Below, piece after piece: positions 38,301-51,051 of a stretch of 64,000 bases of DNA. Position 1 is the first letter of the stretch. Each line of letters begins with the position of its first letter. Both the position numbers and the translations under genes were made by a program. Below the pieces are notes generated by a model, which was not told the DNA's origin, searched no databases, and saw only the letters and a list, made by a program, of their open reading frames with translations. Origin of the DNA: Proteromonas lacertae (lineage: Eukaryota); the NCBI GenBank assembly GCA_002245135.1, contig NGBS01001178.1:1-64000 (forward strand). Reading direction: 5' to 3'.

Positions 38301-41050
38301 TTTCAGTTATATCTAAACAATCAAAATATAACTCTTTACGACTTTTTTTGTATTTATCATTATTATGAGTATCAGGAGAACTGATTGATATTACTATGTT
38401 GCTTTTATTAAACTCATAATTAAAAGTATCAACTATTATCAATGATTTTCTAATACTACCTGGATCAATTGCACTTTTAAAGAGAATGTATTCACCATTA
38501 ATATTTTCAAATTTGTATACTATTGCTTTTAATGGATTTCCATCTTTTTTCCCTTTAATGAAATATATACTACTTATCTTTTTACATGCTTCCAAAATAT
38601 AGTAATTAAATCCAATACCTAAATCATTTATATCTACTCCAACTGGCATCTTCATCTTTTATTTTTCCAACATCAGTATTTATTTGATCATATGTGTTTT
38701 TTATTTTATGAAATGTATCTTCATACTCTGTTTGAAGACCAACAATTTCTCTAGTGATTTCTCCAATTCTTTTGTTATATAATTCTATTGATTTTTCCTC
38801 GCTGTGTATGTTATTCAATCTGGTTAATATTCTTTCTGTAATTACGCATTTACATATAATTCTATCATCATTACTGATATTTTCCGTTGATTCTTTTAAT
38901 TCATACTTACCATTTAATTCCTTAATATTTAAATCAAACTGTCCTTGGCAATTTAAAACCAAATTTTCTTTTGAAGTTTTAATTTCTCTTTCTTCATCAT
39001 ATATTTTTAATGTATGTGTTTTTCCCACATTAGTATATAAATCAGTATAATCACCTATTGCTTTAAATCTATTAATCTCTGTTTCAATATCTTTATTAAA
39101 ACCATTAATCAATTCATTACTTTTTTTTATATCGAGTTGAAGTTGCGCTATTTCAGCTCGTAATGAATCTATTTTATTATTCTTTTCTACTATTAATTTT
39201 GCTGTAAGTTTATCAATATTTCTCTTTTCTTCATTCAATTGATTCATCTCTAAATAACTCTTTTCTTTCTTCTTTTCGTCTTTATTATAATCATATGATA
39301 GATTATTCTTTAGAAAGAACAACAATACATAAATAAACGAGGTTTTGCCAATACCTGGTTGACCTGTTATCACTATATCAAAACATGATTGTGCAGATGA
39401 TATAAGTTTACATATATTTTGAAACATTGTATAATAACAATCCCTTATGTAAATTATATTCTTGGGGAATTGAAATACTTTTACATTTGCTTTTGAAAAC
39501 TCTAAATACTTCTTCTTTTCATCATTTTCAACAAACTTACCATCTTCATCAATAACGAGTTTATTAAGATTGACTATTTTCAAATTATTCACTATTCTTA
39601 CAAAACTATCTGAATAATCTAAGTATATTGTATTTTCATCATCAAAATATTGTAATAATATTATTAAATCATCTAAAGAATTAACATGATTTACATATTC
39701 TCTTTCTCTAACTTCTAATTGAAATCTAGATAATATTATGTCTTTTATTGTATTAATATCAATGTTTGCTGGATTGGATTTGATTGATAGAAGTTCTGAT
39801 ATGAAGTAATACTTTTCATAATTGTATATACTATTAATAGTATTTGGTACTTTTATTCCATGCAATACAGTTTCACCATCTTCAACACTCAATGAATTAA
39901 ATAAGTGATAATTCTCTTTCTCTATATAATATTCTATTAAGTTTACTAAACCTTTTCCATCGCCAATACTAATAAATGGGAAAGTTACTGTTGACTCGAT
40001 TTTACACACTTCCATTATTTCATTTCCTTGTCTAATGTGCATTTTCTTTTCATTCATGTCGTATATTACTTCATATACTTTTCCTTTAATACCAAATATT
40101 CTATCTGATTTTTCTAGTATCTTTCCATTTTCATCTATCTTTTGAGATGAAAAATTAAACAACTTTATACATGGAAATAACTCATTTGATGAATCTGGAT
40201 TTTTATAAAAACCAAAACTAATACCTTTTATACCAATACTCATTATCTGAAAATAGAAATGATAAATTCCACTTTTCTCTTTCATTTCTTCATTTATCTT
40301 GAAATTAAAAACACCATTACCTCGATCTTGAAGATTCTTATTACACACTACATATTGAATTATATCACCACTACGGTTATTATTATATTTGTATAATTCA
40401 TTGTTATATTTATAGTAACTTACTTCATTATAACCATTTTTTAAATCATCATTAGATATATTAATTATAAATCTTTTTATCATAGTTAATGGAAAATCCC
40501 AACAACCTAAATATTTAACTGAAGCATTTGTACAACCAATAAATGGGTAAACTGGTGTTGAACTGATTCTACATACATGAACTTCTTTATTATCTCCTTG
40601 TCTAATTGACATTCTATTGTTAATCATATCATAGATTATTTCATATGTAGATCCTCTTATTGGACGTAAACTGAATTCTGCTTCAACAGAATTTTCATTT
40701 TTTGAATAACCAAACCTAAAAACATCTGTAAAACTCTCTACTTGGAATTTGTAATGATAAATCTCATTCTCAATCACATCTGAGATTATTCTATCTTCTT
40801 TAATAACTTCATTTATGACTAAATTTTTAAAACTAATAGGAGGAGATTTTGTTGAGTCTAGATCATCAACATTACTTGGCTGTTTGTTTTCATCTTCCTC
40901 CACACCTTTAACATCTTCTGTACTTTCTGTAAATCTTAAAATAGTAAAACCATCTACATTTTGTTTTTTAAATCTCAAGGGTGTAATTTCAACATCTTCC
41001 CTACCTCTCTTGGTCTTTACTGGTGTTGATGTTGGTGTTACTACTTCCAT
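35381..41050 (-). CDS. Giant (about 1880 aa) Crinkler/RHS-like protein: two SPRY-like domains, NTPase module with coiled-coil insert, Q/L-rich linker, NTPase-nuclease module
   Basis: First module: IYIRDCY, GQPGIGKT, IIVD, ISSP, YGNIPR. Second module: YLMRDCF, GHEKIGKT, ISD, ANP, MYIPPFTKEE, YE..FPDID..IQIT..H. Joined by one frameshift (about 38655) and one 26-nt intron (about 37508-37533) that is in frame with ORF 35381-37273. Confidence 0.75.
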
Positions 41051-41079
41051 GGTAATTTAGAATTTTTAAACTAATTCAA

Positions 41080-41295
41080 TAATATATATTCTAATACTTC
41101 GAAATTTTATATAATAACAGGATTAAGATACCTTATAGCTGAGATATAAAACAAAATGATAATTTGAATGAACAGCCAATCAAATCGCTCCAAGTGTAAC
41201 CAATCAATTTTGTGTTTAATAACCAATAAAAATGTGTAAAATTAGATTTTTGCATTTCATTTTTCTCGTGATATATAAAGTAAATGAAGATTTAT
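41080..41295. promoter_or_regulatory. Triple-CCAAT conserved non-coding module, copy 3, upstream of the second Crinkler/RHS-like gene
   Basis: CCAAT at 41176, 41200 and 41223 (24/23 spacing), with flanks shared with both other copies. Confidence 0.7.
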
Positions 41296-41569
41296 ATTAT
41301 CTCTATCGGTTTCTATTATTATATTAAGACTGAATTTATGTTACTGAATTATATGATGCCATCTGCACTGATGTAGTTGGTTGTACTCTACCGTGAAATC
41401 ACTAATTAAGTATATCAATAAAAGCAGGATGTTTAATCTTCTAGAAACTCTGTTGTATATTAGATTCCTCTTAATTCCTCAAATACACTATATTTTCATC
41501 AATTAATTTAATGATTACAGAAAACAGTAACAAAAACTAATAATGATAAAAAAAAATTAAATAGTCTAA

Positions 41570-42874
41570 TCACATAATTATACATTTCTTCTTCTTTTGG
41601 TTATCCATTTTACTCTCTGCACAAACTGCAGTAATATAAGCACCCATAAACAAAGCAGTCACCTTCACATCAGCTAATGCTTCTACTTTAGTCGGTATAT
41701 ACCTATCTGCTGTATCTCCATGTCCAAGTCTTCCATATTCACCACATCCCCATGTAAACACCACATTATCATTCATTGCACCACTATGATATCCACCTGC
41801 TGCAATTTTGTTAATCTTTTGGCCAACTAATGCTTCTATTACATGTGGATGTGATTTTGAGTCAGTATCTCCATGGCCTAATCTTCCAAACTCACCTCTT
41901 CCCCAACTATACACATCACCATCAACTATTAGAATTAAATTATATCAAATATACCGGATATAGCTAATACATGTTTGCTACCACAAGCAACATCAGATAT
42001 TTGTACAAATTCACATTCATTTGCAATATGTTTTGCTTTTTTTGTCAAAGTCCATTTATTTATTTTTTTTGGTAATGCAGAATCACTTGTTGTATCTATT
42101 CCTAACTCATTATCTTTACCATAACCCCAAGTCCATATATATCCTTTATTATCAACGATTAAACTGAAATTCCAACCACAACCGATTTTTTTGGCTTTGG
42201 CTTTGAATTCATTATTGGCAGTTGTTAATTTTTCTATTATTTTTGGTTTAATTTGATTTTCATAATCTCCATGACCTAGACGACCATTTCCACCATATCC
42301 CCAACTATATACTATTCCACTTGAATCTAATGCCAACTATTAGGAAAAAAATTAACTAAATATATATACAGTGTGTTTTAATCCACAAGCTACACTAACT
42401 ATTTTTATTCCTTCTAGACTTTCTGCTCCAAATCCTTCTAATGGTAAAGGTGCAATTTGATCTTTTTCATCTCCTCGTCCCAACATACCAAAAGCACCAC
42501 AACCCCATGTATATACTTCACCTGTTTTAGTACAGGCAACAGAATGTTCATAACCTGCTGCTACTTGAATTACTTTCTTCTTTTGTAAAGCTTGTATACG
42601 TCTTGGTACATGTTGATGTCTATCATCAGTCTGTCCTAATTGACAGTTTTTACCATATCCCCATGAATATACATCATTTTTTGTCGTTATTGCCAAATTA
42701 TAACATAAACCACAAGCCATTGATTGTATACCATTACCTTGTAATAATACTCTATCTAGAGCATGAGGAGCTGACTAATGAATTGTAATGAACTGTATAT
42801 ACCAAATTCAATTCATCACCATGACCTAGCTGACCATATTTCCCCCATCCCCATGTGTATATATCATTATCCAT
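41570..42874 (-). CDS. RCC1-repeat beta-propeller protein with a polybasic CaaX C-terminus
   Basis: Seven repeats of the type Y/F-T/S-WGxGxxGxLG; ends KKKKCIIM-stop. Three short introns. Confidence 0.88.
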
Positions 42875-42953
42875 AAGAGAAAAAAGATGAAACGATTATT
42901 TTAAAAAAGAATCAAATTTACATCAAGCTTTTTTTATAATTTTCTTTTTAAAT

Positions 42954-43233
42954 ATGGATTTATCAAGTCCAGATATGAAAAGAAAGATTTTTAGATCTTG
43001 TTTTGAGTTGATATGTGGATGTTTACCACTAGTTTTAGGTATTATATTGCTTGCTTCAAAGAAGACAACCCCAGGAATTATACTTTTGGTTATAGGATTA
43101 TTTATGTTAATCATTCTACCTTGTGTATATTGTATTAAATTTTAATTTAATAGATATTATTTGGATGTATGGCAATTGCTGTGAAAGCTGGAATAGATGT
43201 TGATACAATAAAAACTAAATTTTCGTTTTTGTA
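42954..43233 (+). CDS. Small hypothetical membrane protein (2 exons)
   Basis: Two hydrophobic helices. A GT-AG intron gives an in-frame second exon ILFGCMAIAVKAG...FSFL-stop. Confidence 0.5.
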
Positions 43234-43312
43234 GTTTTACTTATATGATATATATGTGTATTTGTGTTTCTTTTGATAATTCAATAAAACATCAAATAAA
43301 TTATTAAATAAA

Positions 43313-44698
43313 TTATTCTTCTCTAACTGCCTTTCTAATGGTATCTTCTAATTCACATATAAGACCCATCAAATCAACTTGATGATTAATATAAAAAATA
43401 TATTTTGAAATGATTGAATTTAAATTATAATTGTAAACACATTTCAACTTCACTTCCATTATACACTTTGGACAATAAATTACAACTTTGGGATTCTATT
43501 CAATAAAATAGAATTAAATAAATTTATACATCAACTCTTTGAGGAAATTTCAATGGCTTTTCTTTTGTTTCATTCTCTTTATTCGTATTAATATAAGCAG
43601 CAGCCCTTCTTGTATGAGATAGAATTTGAAAAAATTCAGAATATTCTAAAGTTCCACCACCATTCACATCAGTAAAATCCCAAATTTCATCTAAAACACC
43701 TTCTTCAACTTCAATTCCTAGAGTTCTAAATCCATTCACAAATTCACTATAACTCAATACACCATCGCCATTCTTATCTAATGCGGTAAACATTTGAATT
43801 AAATTGCTTCTATTGGCTAATAGATAATTATAAACATAATTAATATCTTTTGGAATTGTTATTATAGTATTGTTATTATTATTATTTCCATCATTATTAT
43901 TATTAGATGGATTATTTGGGTCAAATGGTTCAATTCCTAAACATTTAGCACAATAAGAATGACCACATTTGAATAAAGTGTAAGGATTTACCATTATTGT
44001 ATTACATTTACCACAATAAAGATGATCACTGATGGATTTAAACTGTATATTGACTGTATCTACTTCTTTTTTTATTTTATGCAATTCTTCCATAACGACT
44101 TGATAATCGGATGGCATTATATTACCTTGAAGTAGGAGTTTATATTCAGTTTCTTTTTCTTTTAATGTTTTCTTTAACACTTCTAATCTTTCTTCTATAT
44201 TTATTTCTTCTCTTTTTCGATCTTCAATTGTCCTTGCTGTAGTGTGGATTTCTTCGGTTGTTTCTGGGATTGTTTTGTCTCTTAATTCTTTGATTTTATT
44301 ATCATTAGCTTGAACTTCTGCTTGAAGTTCTTTTACACCTTCTGATATATCTTTTGACATTAATTGTTCACGTTGTTCTAATAAATCGTTTACTTCTTTA
44401 CGAAGTTCATCCTTTAGTTCTTCTTGACGTTTTACTTCGTTTCGTGCATCCTCTATCATTTGCTTTCCTTTTTCTTCGTCTAATCGTTCTCCTTCAGGTG
44501 AAAATACCTAATTCATAGAATATTATTTAAATTTGATTATACCTTTTCATGTAAATTAACAGCATCGACATATGCCTTCTTTACATCATCTAATTGTTTT
44601 AATAAATCATCAGGTAATGGTGGCAAACCTTCGTTCAAATCTTCTAGTCTTGCTAATTCTTTAGCCATTGTTTCTTCAAAATTAGCTCTTCCAGACAT
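43313..44698 (-). CDS. Coiled-coil protein with a C3HC4 RING finger interrupted by an EF-hand pair
   Basis: CGKC...CGHSYCAKC, then EF-hands DKNGDGVLSYSEF and DVNGGGTLEYSEF, then, after an in-frame intron, IYCPKC. Confidence 0.75.
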
Positions 44699-44927
44699 CT
44701 CAATAAATTGAATTTAAAAAAAATGTTTTTTTCTTTTATCCGAAAATGTTTCTCGATAACCGATTTCAATAGTAACAGTTTTTAAATTTTTTAATTTTAT
44801 TCATTATATGTATATATAAACACTCTATAATATTTATCATCAAATTCTATTATATTTTTATACTACCAACGACTTGTTTTTTGTTTTATTTATATTCATT
44901 CTCTTAAATTTATAGAATAAAGAAGAT

Positions 44928-47900
44928 ATGCCACCACCTTCAACAGTTTTGAATTTAGTACCAGTGTATGAATAAATATTTAATATATATTACACAATAG
45001 ACAATACTTTGGTATGAAATGTGATATATCAGGCAACATATGGTTTCTTGATGAAACTTTATATTGTTACATAGCAGGAAATGCATGTATTCTATATTCA
45101 TCTGAATCAAAAACACAAAGAATTATATATCCATCTGATCAATGTGAATGTATCACTTCACTAGCAGTGTCAATGAATCGTAAAGCATTTATATTATGTG
45201 AAAAAGTAAGAAAAGGAGCAATAATTAGTGTATATGATGTAGGACAACAAATTAAAAGACGTAAGCCAATCACATTAGCAGAAAATGGTCCAATAGAATA
45301 TTTCAATGCAACCTTTTCACCAGATAACAAATTATTGGCTGTACAATCAGGAGCTCCCAATTATCAGATTTACATTTTTGTGTGGGACAAAGGAAGATTA
45401 TTAGGAACAGCTACACCAGTAACAGAGACAGGAAAGACAGTAAATAGCATCAAATTCCATCCATTAGATAGTTCAATATTAGTAGTAAGTGGAAAAGGAT
45501 TATTGATATTTTATCGTATTAGTGAAGGTGGATTTAAAGCATTACCATTGAATACTTTAAGAAGAGAATTAGGTGATATTCAAAGTGGTATATTTGTCAA
45601 TGAAAAGAGATGTATTTGTGCAACTGATCGAGGTGATTTGATATTGTTTGAAAATACTGGTAGTTGTATTGAGTTAAAGACATACCTAAATTGTTCACCT
45701 TCAGATGGTAATGCAATATACTGTATTTGTCCATTTGCGAAAGGATTCATTTGTGGTGGAGTAGATGGTACTGTGAGAGTGTTTGAAGAGTCAGAAGACA
45801 CTTTAGAATATTATAAGATATTTAGAACATTGCATACAAAGAAATCCATAGATCCAGTTATTCATATAACAATAAGTCCAACAGAAGATTTGATGTTATG
45901 TTGTACAAGAGATTGTCAAGCTTATATTCTTTCTTTAAGTAACCTAGAAATGCTTAGACCAGAAGATGTTAAATTAGAATTAATAATAGGTCCGTTTCAT
46001 TGTGCAAGCTCGAGTGGCTTGAGAAAAATAAATGATTTAACAGTCTGTCCAAGAAAGCCATTGTTAGCCTCTTGTGGTAGTGATCACAGTATTAGAGTAT
46101 GGGATTATGATAGTAAAAGTATTGAATTATACAAACTATTTGATGAAGAAGTTCAAACTATTACATTACATCCATCAGGATTATTCATAGCTATTGGTTT
46201 TTCATCAAGGTTTAAATTAGCCAATATATTAATCAATGATATAAAGCCTTATGCTGAATTCCCAATTAAGAATTGCGCTATTGCAAGATACTCATTAGGA
46301 GGTCATTTCATAGCAGCATCTACACCCTCTAATGCTATTTATATATTAACAACTTACACTGCCTGTAATTTACATCGAATTGATTGGTCATACAGGAAAA
46401 CCAATCTCCTTAGAATGGGCAGATAGAGACAATATCTTATTCAGTGCATGTTTAGGAGGTTCAATAATGATGTGGGATGTAAGAAATGGTATAAAAATCA
46501 AAGAATTTACAATGAGAAATATAATGTGGAATTGTATCACTGTTCGTTATGATCATACAATGGTTTATGCAGTTGGTACTAAAGCAGATGATGAATCAAC
46601 ATCAGCATTATACGCTATAGAATTTACAGCAGATGGTAAACAATCAAACGTCAAATATGACCACGAATTCCCAAATTTGAAAATCAATTCAGTTGTTTAT
46701 AATAATACAGCTAAAACATTGTTTTTAGGCCATTCTTCCTATGGTAGACCTGGTGTAATTCAAGCAATGCATATGCCATTAGGAGATTCAGTTCAAATCT
46801 ATCAATGTCACAGTGGTATAGTCCATCGATTAGCATTATCTTATGAAGAGAAATACTTAGCTACTTGTGGTGATGATGGTGCAATTTGCGTATTTAATTT
46901 CAAAGGTTTAGGACGATTGAATAAAGAGAATGCTTTACCTTATGCAGAAGAAGTATTAATTATTAAAAACGATTTGGAAGAGAAATATGGATTATTAAAT
47001 GAATTGAAAGCGAAAGTAGATGAATTAACCAAACATAATGAACATCAATTGAAATTAAAAGATGATGAACATGAAGAAAAAGTGAAGAAATTAACAGAAG
47101 AAAGTGAATACAATATTCAAGAACAAATATCAAAATATGCAGCTTTAAGAGATACAACTGATATTCAAGAAGGCAATTATGTTAAGAAAATAAGGCAATT
47201 ACAAGGAGAATATGAACAAGAATCATTAGAATTAGATAAATCACAAAAAGCAAAGATACAAACTGAAGTTGAAAGATATGAAGCCTTATGTCAAGAAAGG
47301 GAAGAATTATCTTTAAAATGGGATGAAGAAAATAGAGTTTTAAGAGAATCAAATGAAAGATATATTCAAGAACTACAAGCTGAATATGAAGACAAATTAA
47401 GAAGAGAAAAGGAAGAGTGTGATTTATTAGTTGAAAAGAAAAGAGAAATTCAAGCAAGACATGATCAAACTGAGAAGGATCTAGAAGAAGATTGCGATCA
47501 AGAGATTGAACAAATGAAGAGAGTATTTGGTGAAAAATTAAAGACAGAAAAAGAAGGCAACTTTGAGATTGAAAGGTGAAAATGGTATGATGAAAAAGAA
47601 ATTTCGGAAGTTTGCAGAAACAAATTGCAGAACAGAAGAATAAGATTCAACAGTTATTAAATACTGAACAAGATCGATATTCAACAATAAGAGGTTTAGA
47701 AAAAGACATAATTGGCCATAAGAAGGAGATAAGAGAAAGAGAAGAGACTATAGCTGATAAAGAAAAGAGAATTTATGAATTGAAAAGAAAGAATCAAGAA
47801 TTAGAGAAATTTAAATTTGTATTGGAATATAAAATCAAAGAATTAGATCGACAGATTGAACCACGTCAGAAAGAAATTATTCGATTAAAACAACAGATTC

Positions 47901-48690
47901 AAGAAATGGATTTGGAGTTAGGTACTTATCATACTGATAATGGAACATTAGATTTGATGATTACTGATTTGAAATTGAAAGGAAAATGGTATGGATGAAG
48001 AGTTAAATGAACAATCTGGTTTATCAGGTAATATGCAATCTGTTATTAAAAGATTTAGAGTTGATTTACAAAATGCATATAATCAAATTGATGATTATAA
48101 AAAGTTGAAGACGTTAGTGATTGATTTATTTGCAAAATATGTTAGAGAATTTGAGAAACAAGGATGTAAGAATCGATGCAGATATTCAAGAAGAATATAA
48201 TAGAAGAAGAGAATATCTAGAAGGAAGTGTAGATTCATTAAAGAATAAAATTGGTAAAGAAATTCAAAGTGGTCATTCTGATAAATTAAGATTGATGAGA
48301 GAAAATAGTATTTTAACTCAAGAAATAAACGAATTGAGAAGGGAGATTAGGTTTATGAAACAACAGGAGAAAACTTATATGTTAGAGAAGAATAGCAAGT
48401 TACAAACAACATCTGCTACTAATGCAGGACAAACTACAACTTTAACTGAAGATGAAGGATTGAAAGAATGTCAGATTCAAGAAAGAATGATAAATGAGTT
48501 GAAGAAAAGAATTATTGAGTTAGGTGGTGAAATTACTCCAGATTTAGAAGGTATTCCATCTAATAACAATAATAACAATAATAATATTAAAACATTGACA
48601 ATGAAATCGGGAAGATCGAGTGGAGCTTCTTCAGCTAGATCTTCACAGAATTCATCAAGAGCTGGTAGTTCAAGAAATCTAAAAGTGTGA
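44928..48690 (+). CDS. CFAP57: Cilia- and flagella-associated protein 57 (WDR65), with several frameshifts
   Basis: WD40 region (RKPLLASCGSDHSIRVW, LHPSGL), AEEVLI, LKGENGMMKKKF, EIREREETIADKEKRIYELKRKNQELEKFKFVLEYKIKEL, EEYNRRREYLE, MRENSILTQEINELR. Confidence 0.9.
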
Positions 48691-48762
48691 TAATTATAAT
48701 AAATAATAAATATTTTATTTAACAACAGATAATCTTATTATTTTTTATTAAATTATTGTGAA

Positions 48763-49133
48763 TTAAATGCATCCATTTTCTTTTTTAGTCGATCTAGTTC
48801 ATATTTTGGTAATAGCATGACTGAATTGGATATAGCTGTACAATGTGGATTTATATCACTATCTACACAATTAATCATCTCATTTGTTACATCCTATGAA
48901 TTATTTCTTACTATTTATAATATACATTTATTAGTTTCATGAATTCTTGGCTTTCTTTCTGTAATTTTTGTACATTTTCTGGTGTGGCATTTATTTCCTC
49001 CAAAATACCAACAGTATTCTCTAAATGCTGAAGAGCAGTTATAATTGACTATTTATAAAGAGAAAATGAGAATGAAATATACTTCTTCATATGAATTGTA
49101 TTTATTCATTAATGTTGCAGTTAAATTATTCAT
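48763..49133 (-). CDS. Small helical hypothetical protein, weakly Mediator MED11-like
   Basis: Three exons join in frame (MNNLTATLMNKYNSYEE / SIITALQHLENTVGILEE...QEFMKLIN / DVTNEMINCV...). The family call is a by-eye resemblance only. Confidence 0.4.
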
Positions 49134-49255
49134 TATTAAATTAAATTAACTTCAAATAGTAGTTTATAAACGAATAAATGAGTAAAAAAGAAATCTAACA
49201 AGCTTGATTCCTATCGAACCACATTAATCATTTTCATTCAAATAGTCTAAAGTGA

Positions 49256-50877
49256 ATGGTATCTATATTTTGTTGATCTCATTTGTAGGGAAAATCACTC
49301 TACATATTGTTTGAATCAGCTTATGGTTATGGAATCTTCAAGGTGGTTGAAAGTGAAGAAATTGCTTCTTCTCTTCCAAAAGTATTGCATTTTATCAGCT
49401 TATATTCAACAATAGGTCCAAGAGACTGTAAAGAATTTAGAAACATTCAGTAAAGCAGTCAAGTTACACAAATTTCTTGTATTCACACAATATTAGTATT
49501 ATATTCTAGCCATTCGAATCAGCTGAAGATGCATTAGAAAATATCAACTGTGTATCAGAAGGTTTAGTGTCAGATACTCTAAAACACTTTTTGGCAACAG
49601 CTTTTGAAGGTAAAAAATCAGACAAAGTCAAACTTGGTGTAATTGATACAAACATAGGCAATGCAATAAATGAAAAATTAGGAATGAAGTGTGTTTGTAA
49701 TGATACAATCTTAGAGTTAGAAAGAGGTATAAGATATCATTTCTCACACTATTTCCCTGATATTGCTCCCAATATGTTACACAGTGCAGAAATCGGTCTA
49801 GGACACAGTTATTCAAGAGCAAAAGTGAAGTTCAATGTGAATAAAGTGGATAATATGATCATTCAAGCCATAAGCTTGTTAGATCAGTTAGATAAAGATG
49901 TAAATACATTCAGTATGAGGTTAAAAGAATGGTATTCATGGCATTTCCCAGAGTTAAAAGATATCGTAAAAGATAATTTGTTATATGCAAAGGTAGTGAA
50001 TTGTATTCAACAAAGACCTCATTGTGAAGATAAGAGAGATGAAATAAATAAAATAGTTTTAGATGAATCTGTAACTGATCAAATTATAAGTGCTTCCAAA
50101 TCCTCAATGGGTCAAGATATTAGTGATATTGATTTATTGAATGTAAGTAGTTTTACTAAGAGAGTGATAAACTTAAGTGAATATAGAGAAAATTTGATTG
50201 ATTATTTACATTCTAAATTAGTTCAAATTGCTCCAAATCTATCAACATTAGTTGGTGATACTGTAGCTGCTAGATTAATATCCCATGCTGGTAGTTTGAC
50301 TAACTTATCAAAATGTCCAGCTTCAACTATTCAAATTTTAGGTGCAGAAAAAGCATTATTTAGAGCTTTAAAAACAAGAGGAAATACTCCTAAATATGGT
50401 ATTATATTCCATTCATCGTTTATTGGAAGAGCTTCTGCTAAAGACAAAGGAAGAATTTCAAGATTCTTAGCAAATAAATGTGCAATTGCTACAAGATTAG
50501 ATAATTTTATGGAAATTTCTACTAATTTATATGGTGAAGAGATGAAGAAACAAGTGGAAAGTCGATTGAATTTCTTTGAGACAGGAACTGCTCCAGAAAA
50601 GAACATTGATGCAATGAGTAAAGTGAGTGAAGAATTGAAATTGAATCCACCAGCACCATCTACATCAACTACTACAACATCAACAGAAGAATCATCATCA
50701 TCAAAGAAAGATAAGAAGAAGGATAAGAAACATAAAAAGGATAAAAAAGAAGCAGAAAGTGCTGTAACAGAAGAAAAAGAAAAAGAGAAAAGTAAGAAAC
50801 GAAAACATAGTGATAAAGAAGGTGGTGAAGGTGAAGAAAAGAAGAAACATAAACATCATAAGAAAGATAAATCATAA
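49256..50877 (+). CDS. NOP56: Box C/D snoRNP protein NOP56
   Basis: LFESAYGY, ELERGIRYHF, GLGHSYSRAKVKFNVNKVDNMIIQAI, QILGAEKALFRALKT, KGRISRFLANKC and a KKD/E-rich tail. Confidence 0.95.
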
Positions 50878-51051
50878 TTTTTATATTGTTATGTGTAAAA
50901 TGAGATTATTAATTTTTTATTATTGTTATTGTTTATTGTTATTGAAATTTGTTGTTGTTTTTGTTGAAATGGTTTTTTATTGTGTAAAAAAAAAAAAACA
51001 GTAATATAAACGAATATAAATTTTGAAACAATTTTCAGTTATTCAATTTTA

